DNA of 64,000 nucleotides from Candidatus Limnocylindrales bacterium (GTDB lineage Bacteria; Chloroflexota; Limnocylindria; Limnocylindrales; CSP1-4): NCBI GenBank assembly GCA_036570185.1, contig DATCPH010000076.1, positions 2,322 to 66,321 of the forward strand, read 5' to 3'. Shown piece by piece: positions 1 to 10,142 of this stretch (position 1 is its first letter; each line of letters starts with the position of its first letter). The notes under the pieces were generated by a model. It saw only the letters and a program-made list of their open reading frames with translations, ran no database searches and was not told where the DNA came from. The position numbers and the translations under genes were made by a program.

Positions 1-3000
1 CCTCGTGGTCGGCCGTTCGCCCGCGCCGGATCAGATCGGCCGCGGCCGTGGCCCCGTCGGCCTCGCCGAGCAGCACGACGACCTGGGTCCGTGCTCCGTT
101 GGCGAGTTCGAAGCTGGTCTGCAGGGCGGCGCACGGATCCATGCCCGCGCCGGCGGCTCCCTGCAGCCGGTGTCCGCGGTCCAGGCCGGCGGGCCGGTCC
201 GGAGCGCCATTGCGGCCGAGGAATTCGGTCCGATCGGCCGTCCACACGGTCTGCCGCCCGCCGAGGTCGAGGAATACGACGCGACCGCCGAATTCGGTAT
301 TCCAGGGGTTGCGCACGAGGAGCGCCTGGGTCTCCGGGTCCAGCGTCGTGACGATCCAGGGGGCGCTGGCCCCGCGGGACGTGCCCAGGGCCCACTCGGC
401 ATAGGCCGTCACGGACAGGCGCCTGGAGCGCCCGGATCGGTTCTCGATCGTCAGGACCGAGACCTTCAGGGGCTCGTCGAGGGGGACGAACTGGACGAGG
501 TTGAGCTCGATGCCGTCGTGCAGGTGCTCGAACCGGCTGTATCCGGCGCCGTGATGGGCGAGGTAGGTCGACTCCTCGCAGCGGATCGGCTGGGCCGTCG
601 GACCCCATAGCTCGCCGCTGTCGTCATCACGGACGTAGATCGCCTCGCTCACTGGGTCACTGACGGGGTCGTTGGACCATGGCGTGAGCTGGTTCTCGCG
701 GCTGTTCCCGGACCAGGTGTAGCCCGACCCGGACTCGGAGACCTGGAACCCGAACGACGCGTTGGCGATCACGTTCAACCAGGGCGCCGGCGTGGACTGT
801 CCCGGGCCCAGCACGGCGACGTACTCACGCCCGCCGTCGGCGAAGCCACCGAGCCCGTTGAAGAACTCCAGCTCCGGGCGCGGAGCGGCGGTCTCGCTCC
901 TGGTCTGACTCGAACGGGCCGGCGCTGCCGGCGGCGCGATCCTCTCGGGACGCTCCAGGCGGATGACCTGATCGGCAAGACTGCCGCGGCGGCTCAACAG
1001 GACGGCCCGGGCGGCCGTCTGGAGGAGCGTGCGGTCCTCGGTCGAGAGCTGATCTCCGCGCAGGATGTACACGCCGCCATGGCTCGGATGGCCCTCCTGG
1101 ACCAAGATGGATTGGCTGGTCCGCACGACGGTCTCGAGCGCGTCGTGGAGGTCCTGGGCGTACGTGGCGCCATGCTCGTTGAGAATCACGAGGTCGACCT
1201 CGAGGAGCTTCAGGCGCCAGTACTCGTGCGCGCGGAGCAGCTGCCGAACGATGTCGAGGTCCTCGACTTCGTCGATCCGGACCAGGACGATGGGCAAATC
1301 GCCCGAGAGGCCGTGGGCCCACAGGCCGGGTGCCCCGTGGTCGTTGCGGGCGAGCAGGCTCGCCGACGGCCGCAACGAGGGGTCCGAGTAGAGGATCCGG
1401 TTGGCCAGGCGCTGGAAGAGGTGGGCCTCGTCGGACTCGATCCCCAGGTGATGGAGTTGGACCTGGGCCTGCGTCCAGGCGAGGGTCGCGGCCCGCTCGA
1501 ACGTTGCCGACTCACGGTATTTGTCGGCCAGGTCCAGGACCTCCTCGCGCGACTCCGCCACGACCGTGGAGAAGGTTGCGTGGGCCGTCGCGCCGGGAGC
1601 GAGATTGACGCGGCAGCGGAGGCTGAAGATCGGGTCCAGCACCGCGCCGACCGTGTTCGAGAGTGGACGCCCATCGATGACCGAGACGGGCGAGCGGACC
1701 GACCGGCCCCGGCCGAGGAAGCGGGCGCGATCTGTTTCGTACTGGATGACTCCGCCGGTATCTTCCTCGACCGCGGCAACATGTGCGGCCCAGATCGGCT
1801 GCTCGTCGCTGGATCTTGGACGGCGGGTCGCCAGGAGGGCGCCGATGCCGGGAGCGAATTCGGTCTGCACGAACAGGTTCTGGAAGGCCGGATGAGCGGC
1901 ATCTGCCGCCTGTGGCGCCAGGGCGATCTCCGCGTATGACGTCAGCTCGATCTGGCGACTCTGCGAGCCGAGATTGGTCAGCGACACACGGCGGATCTCG
2001 GCGTCGTGCTCCGCCGACACGACGATGGTCAAGCCGGTCGCGATCGAGCCGTCCCGACGGGAGAACTCGGCGTGATCCTCGGCGTAGGTGACCTCGTAGC
2101 TGTCGGCTTCCGCGCCGCTGGGCTGGTGACCCGCCGACCACACCGCGCCGCTGTGCATGTCGCGCAGGAAGAGATAGCTGCCCCACGAGTCACGCGTCAC
2201 GTCCTCGCGCCAACGCGTCACCGCCACGTCGCGCCAGCGGCTGTAGCCGGATCCCGCGGCCGTCACCATGACCGCGTACCGCCCGTTCGACAGCAGGTGG
2301 GTCCGCGGGATGGCGTCGTGCGGGGAGGTGAAGCGGCGGAGGACCGGCGGCACGAGATCGCGCACGTCCGCCGCGCTCTTCACCTCCTCGGCACGCGGCC
2401 GGGCCACGAGCACGTCGCGCGGCATGCGCTCCTGGAGCAGCAGCTCCGTTGCCTCGACGATCGGCTCGGCATGGAAGCGCTCCACCATCGCTCGGTCGTT
2501 GAGGACGTTCCCGAGCGCCACCAGCGCCATCCCCTGGTGATGGGCCATGTAGCTCTTCACGATCGCGACCGAGGCCCCTTCGGGGAGCCGGCGCGTCGTG
2601 TAGTCGAGCGCCTCCCGAAAGCCGTACCGCCCGCCCGCTCCGGCAGCCCTCAACCGGCCGAAGTTCCGGACTGCGGCCTCGGGCTGGATCATCGCTCCGA
2701 GGGCGGTCGCGTACGGGGCCACGACGAGATTCTCGCTCAGCCCCCGCTTCAGGCCGAGGCCGGGCACCCCGAAGCTCGAGTACTGGTACGTCTGCTCGAG
2801 GTCTCGCGCGTTGAATGCCGATTCGGACATGCCCCATGGCACGCCACGCTCGGCGGCGTAGCTCATCTGGCGGGCAACGACCAGTCGGTACGTGTGATCG
2901 AGCAGGCTCAGGGCAGGCGCGTGCATGACGAGGGCGGGCATCAGGTATTCGAACATGGACCCGGACCAGGAGATCAGCGCCGAGCCGCGACCGACGGGCG

Positions 3001-6000
3001 TCAGCGCGCGGCCGAGCCGAAACCAATGGTCCGGGGCGACGTCGCCCTTGGCGATCGCCAGAAAGCTGGCGAGCCGGGCTTCGGAGGCGAGGAGGTCGTA
3101 GTAGCTCGGATCCAACGTACCGTCCCGGACCCGAAAACCGATCGAGAAGAGCTTGCGGGTCGGATCGAACAGGAGGCTGAAGTCCATTCCCTCGAAGAGC
3201 TGCTGAGCCTGGTCGGCGATCGCCTGGAGTCGTCGCACCAGCATCGTCGCGGCCGGCGATCCCTCGCCGGTTTCGGGGACCGGCGGATCGGACAGCTCGG
3301 CGATCGTCGGCAAGACGGTCACCCCTGGAAGGGGCTGGAGCAGCGCGAGATCTCGAACGTGGCTGCTCACGGCCAGCCGAGCCGCCTCGGCCCAGGTCAC
3401 CAGCTCGCCCTCCGGACCCTCTCCGCGCTCCGCGGTGAGGGCCGCGGCAATGTCCGCGAGCGTCACGGTGCCCCACGAGAGCTCGCCCAGGCGACCCGCC
3501 CAGGCCTCGGGAGTCGACGGGACGACGACGCCGGGCCCTAAGGGCAGCTCGAGGGCTTCGTCGAGGTGCCGGCGGGTCAGCGTCTGGCTTCTCCGGTGGT
3601 CCCCGATCGCGCCGGCAGCTTCGCGGGCCAACGCAATCGCGTCAGCGATTCCGGCCAGCGCGGCCGCAACCGGGAGTGGCTGGTCGATCATCTGGCGGCA
3701 GGCGTTGGACAGCGCCAGCAGGTGTCCGGCGAGATTGCCACTGTCGACCGACGAGACGTAGGCCGGCTCGAGCAAGTGGAGGTCGCGCGTGTCATACCAG
3801 TTGTACAGGTGCCCGTGGAAACGATCGAGACTGGCGATGGTGGCGAGCGTCGCCTCCAGGCGCTCCACCATCTCGAGCGTCCCGATCCAGCCGAAGTCGC
3901 GAGCCGTCACGGTCGCCAGCAGGTAGACCCCGATGTTCGTCGGCGAGGTCCGATGGGCGACGACCGGGGCGGGGTCGTCCTGGAAGTTGTCGGGCGGCAG
4001 TCCGTGGTCCTCCGGACCGACGAAGGTCTCGAAGAACCGCCAGGTCCGGCGGGCGGTCTGTCGGAGTGCCTCGACGTCGGCGGCCGAGAGCTGCTCCGCA
4101 GCCGTTTCGGGGGGTGGCAGACTGACCCATCGGGCGACGAAGGGCGAGAGCAGCCACAGGACGACGAATGGCGCGGCGATCCAGGCCGCACCCGGCTTCA
4201 CGGCAAGCAGGAGGACCGCGGTGGCGGCCGCGATCGCGACGCCGCCCGCCATCTGCCCGTAGAACCCCCCGAGGTCGAGGTCATGGCTGGCCTTGGCCTC
4301 CGCCGCGGTGGTCCATTCGAGGAGGTGCCGCCGCGTGACATAGAGCCGCGTCAGGGTTCGGATGATCGCGTCGACCATCAGCCACGCCTGGTGCGCGAGG
4401 AGCGTCAAGCCGAGGCCCACGTCAGCCGCGGCGAGAGCGACGTCCGCGCCCACGGCTCGCAGGTGGCTGCGCTTGGAGATCCCCCGCCGTCGCGGCACCA
4501 GTCCCGCAAGAACCGGCAGCGCCGCGGGGAGGATCGCTGTCGCCAGGACGAACGCGGTCCACAGGCCTGCCGAGACCAACGGAAGCGTCCAGGCCGCGAC
4601 GAGTGTTGCGAGCGTGAGCGGGGCGGACAGCGTCCGGCGCAGGTTGTCGACCATCTTCCAGCGAGCGATCCCCGGGATTGCGCCCCGGCTTCGCCGGCCG
4701 CCGGCGTCACGGGCCCGCCCAAGTATCCAGGGCAGCAGCTGCCAGTCTCCCCGCGCCCAGCGGTGCTGGCGGGCGGACGAGACGAGGTAGTTCGAAGGGA
4801 ATTCATCGAAGAGCTCGACATCGGTCACCAGCCCCGTCCGCGCAAAGACGCCTTCGAACAAGTCATGGCTCAATAGCGCGTTCTCGGGTACCCGGTCCGC
4901 CATCGCCGCACCGAAGGCGTCGAGGTCATAGATCCCCTTGCCGGTGAAACTCCCCTCGCCGAACAGGTCCTGGTAGACGTCCGAGACGGCGGATGAATAG
5001 GGGTCGATCCCGGCCGATCCGGAGAAGATCCGCTGGAAGATCGATGCCTCGTGCTCGGCAGGGAGCGTCGAGGTGATTCGTGGCTGGAGCACGCCGTAGC
5101 CCTGGGTCACTCGCCCGGTCCGCGAATCGAACGTCGGTTGGTTCAGCGGATGGGCGATCGTTCCGACGAGGCGCCCGACCACGCCCCGGGGCAGCCGCGT
5201 ATCGGCATCGAGCGTGACCACATAACGAACGTCAGTCGGCGGGGTCGACGCGATCCGCCCGGTGGTCAGGATGCCGGTCGTCGCCGAGCCGCGCAGGAGG
5301 TCATTCAGCTCATGGAGCTTGCCGCGCTTGCGCTCCCAGCCCATCCAGGCGCCCTCGGCCTCGTTCCAGCTTCGCTTCCGGTGGAAGAGCAGGAACCGGG
5401 CGCCTCCACCGAGGGCATCGCCGTAGCGCTCGTTGAGCCGGTCGATGGCCGCCGCGGCCGCGGCGAGGAGCTCGTCGTCGCCGGGGACATGCTCGGTCGG
5501 GGCGTCGAGCCAGTCCGACAGCAAGGCGAACCGAAGATCGCCCTCGCGATTCCCAAGGTAGTGGACCTCCAGACCGCCGACCTGGGCCTCGACATCCGAC
5601 TCGCTGGTAAGGAGCGTCGGCACCACGACGAGCGTCCTCAGCCGGGACGGCACACCATCGTCGAGATCGAGCCGGGGCAGCAGTCTCGGGCCCAGCACGG
5701 TGGCGACCTCGCGGTTGACGAGGGCGATCGCGAAGTCGGAAGCCGGGCCGAGTGCGAGGATCGCGACGAGGAGGATGCCGACACCCGCCGCGCCGCCGTC
5801 CCCGGACAGGAGGAGAGGTACGGCGAGGATGAGCGCAGCGATGAGCGTGACGGTCCCGAGGTAGCGACTCGTGGCGTCGCGGACATAGGCCCGCCGCAGC
5901 CGGCCCGCCAACGGAACCCGAACGTGGAGTGCGCGCTCGAAGGCGGGGCGGCCATCGGAGACCAGGTAATAGCCCGGATCTCGATGTCGAGCCGCGAGGG

Positions 6001-7123
6001 ATGGGTCGACGTCGTTGGCCGACGGCGCGGTGTCGGCCACCGCCGCGGCCCTCCGGGCGACCTCCACCTCGGTGAGGGCCGAACCTCGTGCCAGCTCTTC
6101 GACGGCGTGCCGGTAGCGGTCTCGAGTCGCGAAGTCCATGTCCCCGAACGAACTTCGTGCTCGAAGAATCTCATCGACCAGACTGACGCTCTCAACGAAC
6201 TGGGCCCAGTCGAACCACGAGATGAGTCGCATGCTCGTGATCACGTTTCGGACCGTCACGTTCATCGTCGCCTGGCGCTGGTGCTCCAGGCGGACCATCT
6301 CCTCGGCGGTGGTCCCCTGGGCCGCGAGGAGCTCCTCCAGCCAGCGGAGCGCGGGGGTGACCGCAGGGTCCTGATCGCGCAGGCGCTGGAAGAGCTGGAC
6401 GCGGGCAGCGGTCGGGAGCGCCGCAGGCGAGAGCCGACGCAGGGATGCCGCCGCGACCTCCGGGCTGTCCTTGCCGAGGCCGAGCAGGCTGTCGGCGAGC
6501 TCGTCAGCCTTCTGCCTCGCCGAGCGGCTGCGCACGATCTGCTCGGCGAGACGCCGGAGATTCTCGACGAGGAGGATCCGGAGGCTGATCGCGACGGCCC
6601 ACAGCTCCCCGATCGTCAGTGGCTCCACGCCCTGGTAGGCGCGCACCATCCGCCGCAGGCTCTCCGGTTCGAAGCGGCTGTCCGTATGGGCGATGTAGGC
6701 CCATGCGAGACCCAGGACCCGGGGATAGCCCGCGAGATGTCCCTCCGCGAGCTTGGGGAGCTCGCGGTAGTAGTCCGGGGGCAGATCGTCGCGGATTTCG
6801 CGGAGCTGCTCGTCGACGATGTGGAAGTTGTCGACGAGCCACTCGGCGGCCGGAGTGATCGAACGTTCGTCCTTGATCGCACGGGCCAGGACGCGGTAGG
6901 ACTCCAGCAGGACGCGGCCATTTTCGGCAATGCGAGGCCCGAGGGCTTGACCCCGACGCGGCGCATCGGTGATGGTCTGGGCGGAGGCAAGGCTCTGCGC
7001 GTGCTCCTCCAGCCGCTCGACGCTGAAGAGCTCCGCGAGAATCGGCTCTTCGAGCTCGGCCCGTGGGCGGACCCGCCGGAGAACCCGACCGGACGGGTTT
7101 CGAAGGGGCTCGTTCGATCTCAA
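1..7123 (-). CDS. ndvB: Cyclic beta-1,2-glucan synthase (GT84 + GH94-like), partial. The N-terminus is in the window and the C-terminus runs past position 1. Start tentatively TTG at 7121-7123; the first in-frame stop upstream is at 7133-7135.
   Basis: Plus-strand ORFs 5..610, 1079..1939, 2006..3541, 3566..4876 and 5051..7933 all share one phase, and GC is highest at their first codon position, which marks them as an antisense shadow. Manual translation of the codon-aligned minus frame is stop-free from 7132 to 1. It gives 'FLLFHRKRSWNEAEGAWMGWERKRGKLHELNDLL' and 'DVRYVVTLDADTRLP' (a DxD motif) around 5300-5450. It gives 'DPSYYDLLASEARLASFLAIAKGDVAPDHWFRLGRAL' and 'SYMAHHQGMALVALGNVLN' around 2100-3000. 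The ORF track does not list the gene because it has no stop codon inside the window. Confidence 0.8.
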   Translation of the reverse strand, partial: MRSNEPLRNPSGRVLRRVRPRAELEEPILAELFSVERLEEHAQSLASAQTITDAPRRGQALGPRIAENGRVLLESYRVLARAIKDERSITPAAEWLVDNFHIVDEQLREIRDDLPPDYYRELPKLAEGHLAGYPRVLGLAWAYIAHTDSRFEPESLRRMVRAYQGVEPLTIGELWAVAISLRILLVENLRRLAEQIVRSRSARQKADELADSLLGLGKDSPEVAAASLRRLSPAALPTAARVQLFQRLRDQDPAVTPALRWLEELLAAQGTTAEEMVRLEHQRQATMNVTVRNVITSMRLISWFDWAQFVESVSLVDEILRARSSFGDMDFATRDRYRHAVEELARGSALTEVEVARRAAAVADTAPSANDVDPSLAARHRDPGYYLVSDGRPAFERALHVRVPLAGRLRRAYVRDATSRYLGTVTLIAALILAVPLLLSGDGGAAGVGILLVAILALGPASDFAIALVNREVATVLGPRLLPRLDLDDGVPSRLRTLVVVPTLLTSESDVEAQVGGLEVHYLGNREGDLRFALLSDWLDAPTEHVPGDDELLAAAAAAIDRLNERYGDALGGGARFLLFHRKRSWNEAEGAWMGWERKRGKLHELNDLLRGSATTGILTTGRIASTPPTDVRYVVTLDADTRLPRGVVGRLVGTIAHPLNQPTFDSRTGRVTQGYGVLQPRITSTLPAEHEASIFQRIFSGSAGIDPYSSAVSDVYQDLFGEGSFTGKGIYDLDAFGAAMADRVPENALLSHDLFEGVFARTGLVTDVELFDEFPSNYLVSSARQHRWARGDWQLLPWILGRARDAGGRRSRGAIPGIARWKMVDNLRRTLSAPLTLATLVAAWTLPLVSAGLWTAFVLATAILPAALPVLAGLVPRRRGISKRSHLRAVGADVALAAADVGLGLTLLAHQAWLMVDAIIRTLTRLYVTRRHLLEWTTAAEAKASHDLDLGGFYGQMAGGVAIAAATAVLLLAVKPGAAWIAAPFVVLWLLSPFVARWVSLPPPETAAEQLSAADVEALRQTARRTWRFFETFVGPEDHGLPPDNFQDDPAPVVAHRTSPTNIGVYLLATVTARDFGWIGTLEMVERLEATLATIASLDRFHGHLYNWYDTRDLHLLEPAYVSSVDSGNLAGHLLALSNACRQMIDQPLPVAAALAGIADAIALAREAAGAIGDHRRSQTLTRRHLDEALELPLGPGVVVPSTPEAWAGRLGELSWGTVTLADIAAALTAERGEGPEGELVTWAEAARLAVSSHVRDLALLQPLPGVTVLPTIAELSDPPVPETGEGSPAATMLVRRLQAIADQAQQLFEGMDFSLLFDPTRKLFSIGFRVRDGTLDPSYYDLLASEARLASFLAIAKGDVAPDHWFRLGRALTPVGRGSALISWSGSMFEYLMPALVMHAPALSLLDHTYRLVVARQMSYAAERGVPWGMSESAFNARDLEQTYQYSSFGVPGLGLKRGLSENLVVAPYATALGAMIQPEAAVRNFGRLRAAGAGGRYGFREALDYTTRRLPEGASVAIVKSYMAHHQGMALVALGNVLNDRAMVERFHAEPIVEATELLLQERMPRDVLVARPRAEEVKSAADVRDLVPPVLRRFTSPHDAIPRTHLLSNGRYAVMVTAAGSGYSRWRDVAVTRWREDVTRDSWGSYLFLRDMHSGAVWSAGHQPSGAEADSYEVTYAEDHAEFSRRDGSIATGLTIVVSAEHDAEIRRVSLTNLGSQSRQIELTSYAEIALAPQAADAAHPAFQNLFVQTEFAPGIGALLATRRPRSSDEQPIWAAHVAAVEEDTGGVIQYETDRARFLGRGRSVRSPVSVIDGRPLSNTVGAVLDPIFSLRCRVNLAPGATAHATFSTVVAESREEVLDLADKYRESATFERAATLAWTQAQVQLHHLGIESDEAHLFQRLANRILYSDPSLRPSASLLARNDHGAPGLWAHGLSGDLPIVLVRIDEVEDLDIVRQLLRAHEYWRLKLLEVDLVILNEHGATYAQDLHDALETVVRTSQSILVQEGHPSHGGVYILRGDQLSTEDRTLLQTAARAVLLSRRGSLADQVIRLERPERIAPPAAPARSSQTRSETAAPRPELEFFNGLGGFADGGREYVAVLGPGQSTPAPWLNVIANASFGFQVSESGSGYTWSGNSRENQLTPWSNDPVSDPVSEAIYVRDDDSGELWGPTAQPIRCEESTYLAHHGAGYSRFEHLHDGIELNLVQFVPLDEPLKVSVLTIENRSGRSRRLSVTAYAEWALGTSRGASAPWIVTTLDPETQALLVRNPWNTEFGGRVVFLDLGGRQTVWTADRTEFLGRNGAPDRPAGLDRGHRLQGAAGAGMDPCAALQTSFELANGARTQVVVLLGEADGATAAADLIRRGRTADHE

Positions 7124-7328
7124 CTTCCACTCTCAGGGCATGGCCAGACCTGGCCTACGTCAGTTCGCTTCGGTATTTGCATTGAACCACGGGACGGTGG
7201 GGGTCTTCAGGCGCTTCTCAGGATCCCGGTCGATACTGACGCGGGCTTCGCCTCGCGGCGGCTGCGTGACGCGGCTGCCACGACAAACCACCTGCCTGAC
7301 GCCAGACCGACTGGAGTTCGCTCTGCCG

Positions 7329-8195
7329 ATGACCGACCAGGTTCCCGGGCCGCCGCAGGATGGGCTCCCGCCCACCCGCCGCACGCGCCTGCGACGACGG
7401 CTCGGCAGGGCTGGCGCCCGCGCACGGCGCACTGCCCCCTTCGTCGGTGGCATCCTGGCCGCCTTCCTCGCTGTCGCGCTGTACGGGGCGCTCTTTCCCG
7501 GGCCGCGACCGCTCACCCAGCGCGACGTGAACGTGAGCGTCGCCTCGGCCCTTGCGTCGCAGACGCCGCCTCCCGCCTTTTCCCAGCTCGTTTACGAGCA
7601 GGTTCAGCCGGCGCTCGTCTTGATCGAAACCGACAGCACGACGGCGAAAGGCGCTGCAGAGCATGGCCTGGGAACCGGTGTCGTCGTCGATGCTTCCGGC
7701 TCGATCCTGACCGCGCTCCACGTCGTCGATGGCGCGTCGACGATCCACCTGACGTTCGCCGACGGCACCAAGGCGGCCGGAACCGTCACAGTGCGCCGGC
7801 CCGAAACCGACATCGCCGTCCTGCAGCCCGACAATGCGCCACCTGGGCTCACGCCCGCGACGCTGGGCAACCCCAATGCGCTCCAGGTCGGGAGCGAGGC
7901 CTTCGTCATCGGCAATCCCTATGGGCTGTATAGCTCAATCAGCGCCGGTGTCGTGTCGGGGCTGGGTCGGTCGTTCCAGGAGCCAAACAGCGACCAGGTC
8001 ATCCACGGCCTGATCCAGGTCGATGCGGCGGTGAACCCCGGCAATTCCGGGGGACCGCTGCTCAACCGATCCGGTCAGGTCGTCGGGATCGTGACCGGTC
8101 TGGTGAATCCCACCAAACAGGACGTCTTCATCGGGATCGGACTGGCCGTTCCCATCGATGTGGCCGGCAGTGCTGCCGGCCTGCCCCAGTACTGA
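7329..8195 (+). CDS. Trypsin-like serine protease, S1C/HtrA-like without a PDZ domain, with a membrane anchor
   Basis: Catalytic-triad contexts 'TALHVVDGAS', 'DIAVLQ' and 'GNSGGPLL', plus an N-terminal transmembrane helix. ATG at 7329 inside the longer ORF 6969..8195. Confidence 0.85.
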   Translation: MTDQVPGPPQDGLPPTRRTRLRRRLGRAGARARRTAPFVGGILAAFLAVALYGALFPGPRPLTQRDVNVSVASALASQTPPPAFSQLVYEQVQPALVLIETDSTTAKGAAEHGLGTGVVVDASGSILTALHVVDGASTIHLTFADGTKAAGTVTVRRPETDIAVLQPDNAPPGLTPATLGNPNALQVGSEAFVIGNPYGLYSSISAGVVSGLGRSFQEPNSDQVIHGLIQVDAAVNPGNSGGPLLNRSGQVVGIVTGLVNPTKQDVFIGIGLAVPIDVAGSAAGLPQY

Positions 8196-8212
8196 CCACG
8201 GAGGAGGACTCG

Positions 8213-9265
8213 ATGCCAACGGACGGCAACGGAACCGGGAGGCCGGACGCTCAAATGAAGTCGGACGCGCAGGTGAGGCCGGATGCGTCGATGGAGCGCC
8301 TGCTCTACGAGGTCAAGAAGATCATCGTCGGGCAGGACCACCTGCTCGAACGGATGATCGTCGCCCTGCTCGCCCGAGGCCACCTGCTCGTCGAAGGCGT
8401 CCCGGGCCTGGCGAAGACGATGGCCATCAAGACACTGGCGCAGGCCGTGGGCGGCGACTTCAAACGCATCCAGTTCACCCCGGACCTCGTGCCGGCAGAC
8501 CTGGTCGGCACGCGGATTTACAACCAGAAGACCGGCGAGTTCAACACCTCCCTCGGGCCCGTCTTCACGAATCTCCTGCTGGCCGACGAGATCAACCGGG
8601 CCCCTGCCAAGGTCCAGAGCGCTCTCCTTGAAGTGATGCAGGAGCGCCACGTCACGATTGGCCGCGAAACGCACGCGGTGCCCAACCCGTTCCTCGTGCT
8701 CGCGACCCAGAACCCCATCGAGACGGAGGGCACCTATGCACTGCCGGAGGCCCAGGTCGACCGCTTCATGCTCAAGGTCCTCGTCGGCTATCCAAGTACG
8801 ACCGAGGAGTTCGCGATCGTCGAGCGGATGACCGGCCGGCCGGAGACCGTCCAGGAGGTGCTGACCCTCAACGACCTCCTGGGGCTGCAGGACCAGGTCG
8901 ATCGCGTCTACGTGGACCCGGCCCTGTACGACTACGCCGTGCGCCTGGCCACGGCGACGAGGCAGCCGCGCGCGTACGGAATGCCCGAGCTGGAGAAGTA
9001 CATCTTGTTTGGCGCCAGCCCGCGGGCCTCGATCAACCTGATCCTCACGGCACGTGCCCTAGCATTCGTTCGTGGTCGCGCCTATGCGCTTCCACAGGAC
9101 GTGCTCGACATGGCCCGCGACGTCATGCGCCACCGGCTCGTCCTCTCGTTCGAGGCGCTGTCTGACGACGTGACCAGCGATGGCCTGCTTTCGACGGTGC
9201 TCGGCCGGGTCCCGGCGCCGGTCGTCCCCCTTCAGGATCGATCCAACGTCCGCGTCAGCGCCTGA
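8213..9265 (+). CDS. moxR: MoxR-family AAA+ ATPase
   Basis: Walker A 'GVPGLAKT', 'LLADEINRAPAKVQSALLEVMQE', and the MoxR C-terminal region. A strong RBS 'GGAGGAGG' lies 5 nt upstream of the ATG. Confidence 0.9.
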   Translation: MPTDGNGTGRPDAQMKSDAQVRPDASMERLLYEVKKIIVGQDHLLERMIVALLARGHLLVEGVPGLAKTMAIKTLAQAVGGDFKRIQFTPDLVPADLVGTRIYNQKTGEFNTSLGPVFTNLLLADEINRAPAKVQSALLEVMQERHVTIGRETHAVPNPFLVLATQNPIETEGTYALPEAQVDRFMLKVLVGYPSTTEEFAIVERMTGRPETVQEVLTLNDLLGLQDQVDRVYVDPALYDYAVRLATATRQPRAYGMPELEKYILFGASPRASINLILTARALAFVRGRAYALPQDVLDMARDVMRHRLVLSFEALSDDVTSDGLLSTVLGRVPAPVVPLQDRSNVRVSA

Positions 9266-10139
9266 GCGCATCCTCCAGCGCCTCGACTGGCAGGTTATCC
9301 GCCGGCTGGACGGCGCGCTGCAGGGCGACTACCGGAGCCTCTTTCTCGGCAACGGGGTCGATCTCGCCGCGCTCCGCGAGTACCAGCCCGGTGACGACGT
9401 CCGCTACATCGACTGGAACGTCACCGCACGGATGGACATTCCGTACGTCCGCGAGTACCACGAGGATCGCGAGATCAACGCGTGGTTCCTGCTGGACCTG
9501 AGCCCCTCAGTTGACTTCGGGACGGTCGACACGGACCGGCAGAAGCGGACGGTGCTCGTCGACTTTGTCGCGACCCTCGCTCGGCTGCTGACCCGCCGGG
9601 GAAATCGGGTTGGGGCGATGTTCTACGGCAGTCACGTCGAGCACACGATCCCGGCCCGCGGCGGACGCGTCCAGGTGCTGCGCCTGGTGGAGGATCTCCT
9701 TGGTCAGCCCCGCCTGGCGAGCGCGCCGTTCACGGACCTCAGCCCCCTGCTCGAAGCAGGGTACCGGACGATCAAGCGGCGCTCGCTCGTGGTCATCGTC
9801 TCGGACTTCATCAGTGAGCCGGGCTGGGAGCGCCCCCTCAACCTCCTCAACCGACGCCACGAGGTCCTCGCCGTTCGGCTCATCGACCCGCGCGAGGTCG
9901 AGTTGCCGGATGTGGGCGCCATGATCATGGAGGATGCCGAAACCGGCGAGCAGCTGTATGTCGACACCCACGACGCGGCGTTCCGGGGTCGGTTCCATGC
10001 GGCGGCCGCGACTCGTGAGCTTGCCGTCAAGGCCGCGTTTCACCGGTCCGGCGTCGACGCCGCCTCGCTCTCGACGGACGACGATCTCGTCCGGGCCATC
10101 ATCAGGATGGCCATGCTGCGCCGCCGGCGGCGGAGGTAG
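9180..10139 (+). CDS. DUF58-family protein (MoxR partner). The start is uncertain: an ATG at 9180 would overlap moxR by 86 nt.
   Basis: 'LQRLDWQVIRRLDG...EYQPGDDVRYIDWNVTAR...EYHEDREINAWFLLDLSPS' matches the DUF58 core. Sits between moxR and the vWA genes. Confidence 0.75.
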   Translation: MACFRRCSAGSRRRSSPFRIDPTSASAPERILQRLDWQVIRRLDGALQGDYRSLFLGNGVDLAALREYQPGDDVRYIDWNVTARMDIPYVREYHEDREINAWFLLDLSPSVDFGTVDTDRQKRTVLVDFVATLARLLTRRGNRVGAMFYGSHVEHTIPARGGRVQVLRLVEDLLGQPRLASAPFTDLSPLLEAGYRTIKRRSLVVIVSDFISEPGWERPLNLLNRRHEVLAVRLIDPREVELPDVGAMIMEDAETGEQLYVDTHDAAFRGRFHAAAATRELAVKAAFHRSGVDAASLSTDDDLVRAIIRMAMLRRRRRR

Positions 10140-10142
10140 GCG

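Noticed and set aside
7139..7152. ggccag-ac-ctggcc inverted repeat near the cgs start
   Set aside because: It is short (6-bp arms) and GC-rich, and such palindromes arise by chance in a 70% GC genome. Not enough to call an operator.
5..7933. Chain of long plus-strand ORFs (5..610, 1079..1939, 2006..3541, 3566..4876, 5051..7933), all in one reading phase
   Set aside because: Their R/H/D/G-rich translations, and GC being highest at codon position 1, mark them as the antisense shadow of the minus-strand cyclic-glucan synthase gene. The true frame translates cleanly by hand.
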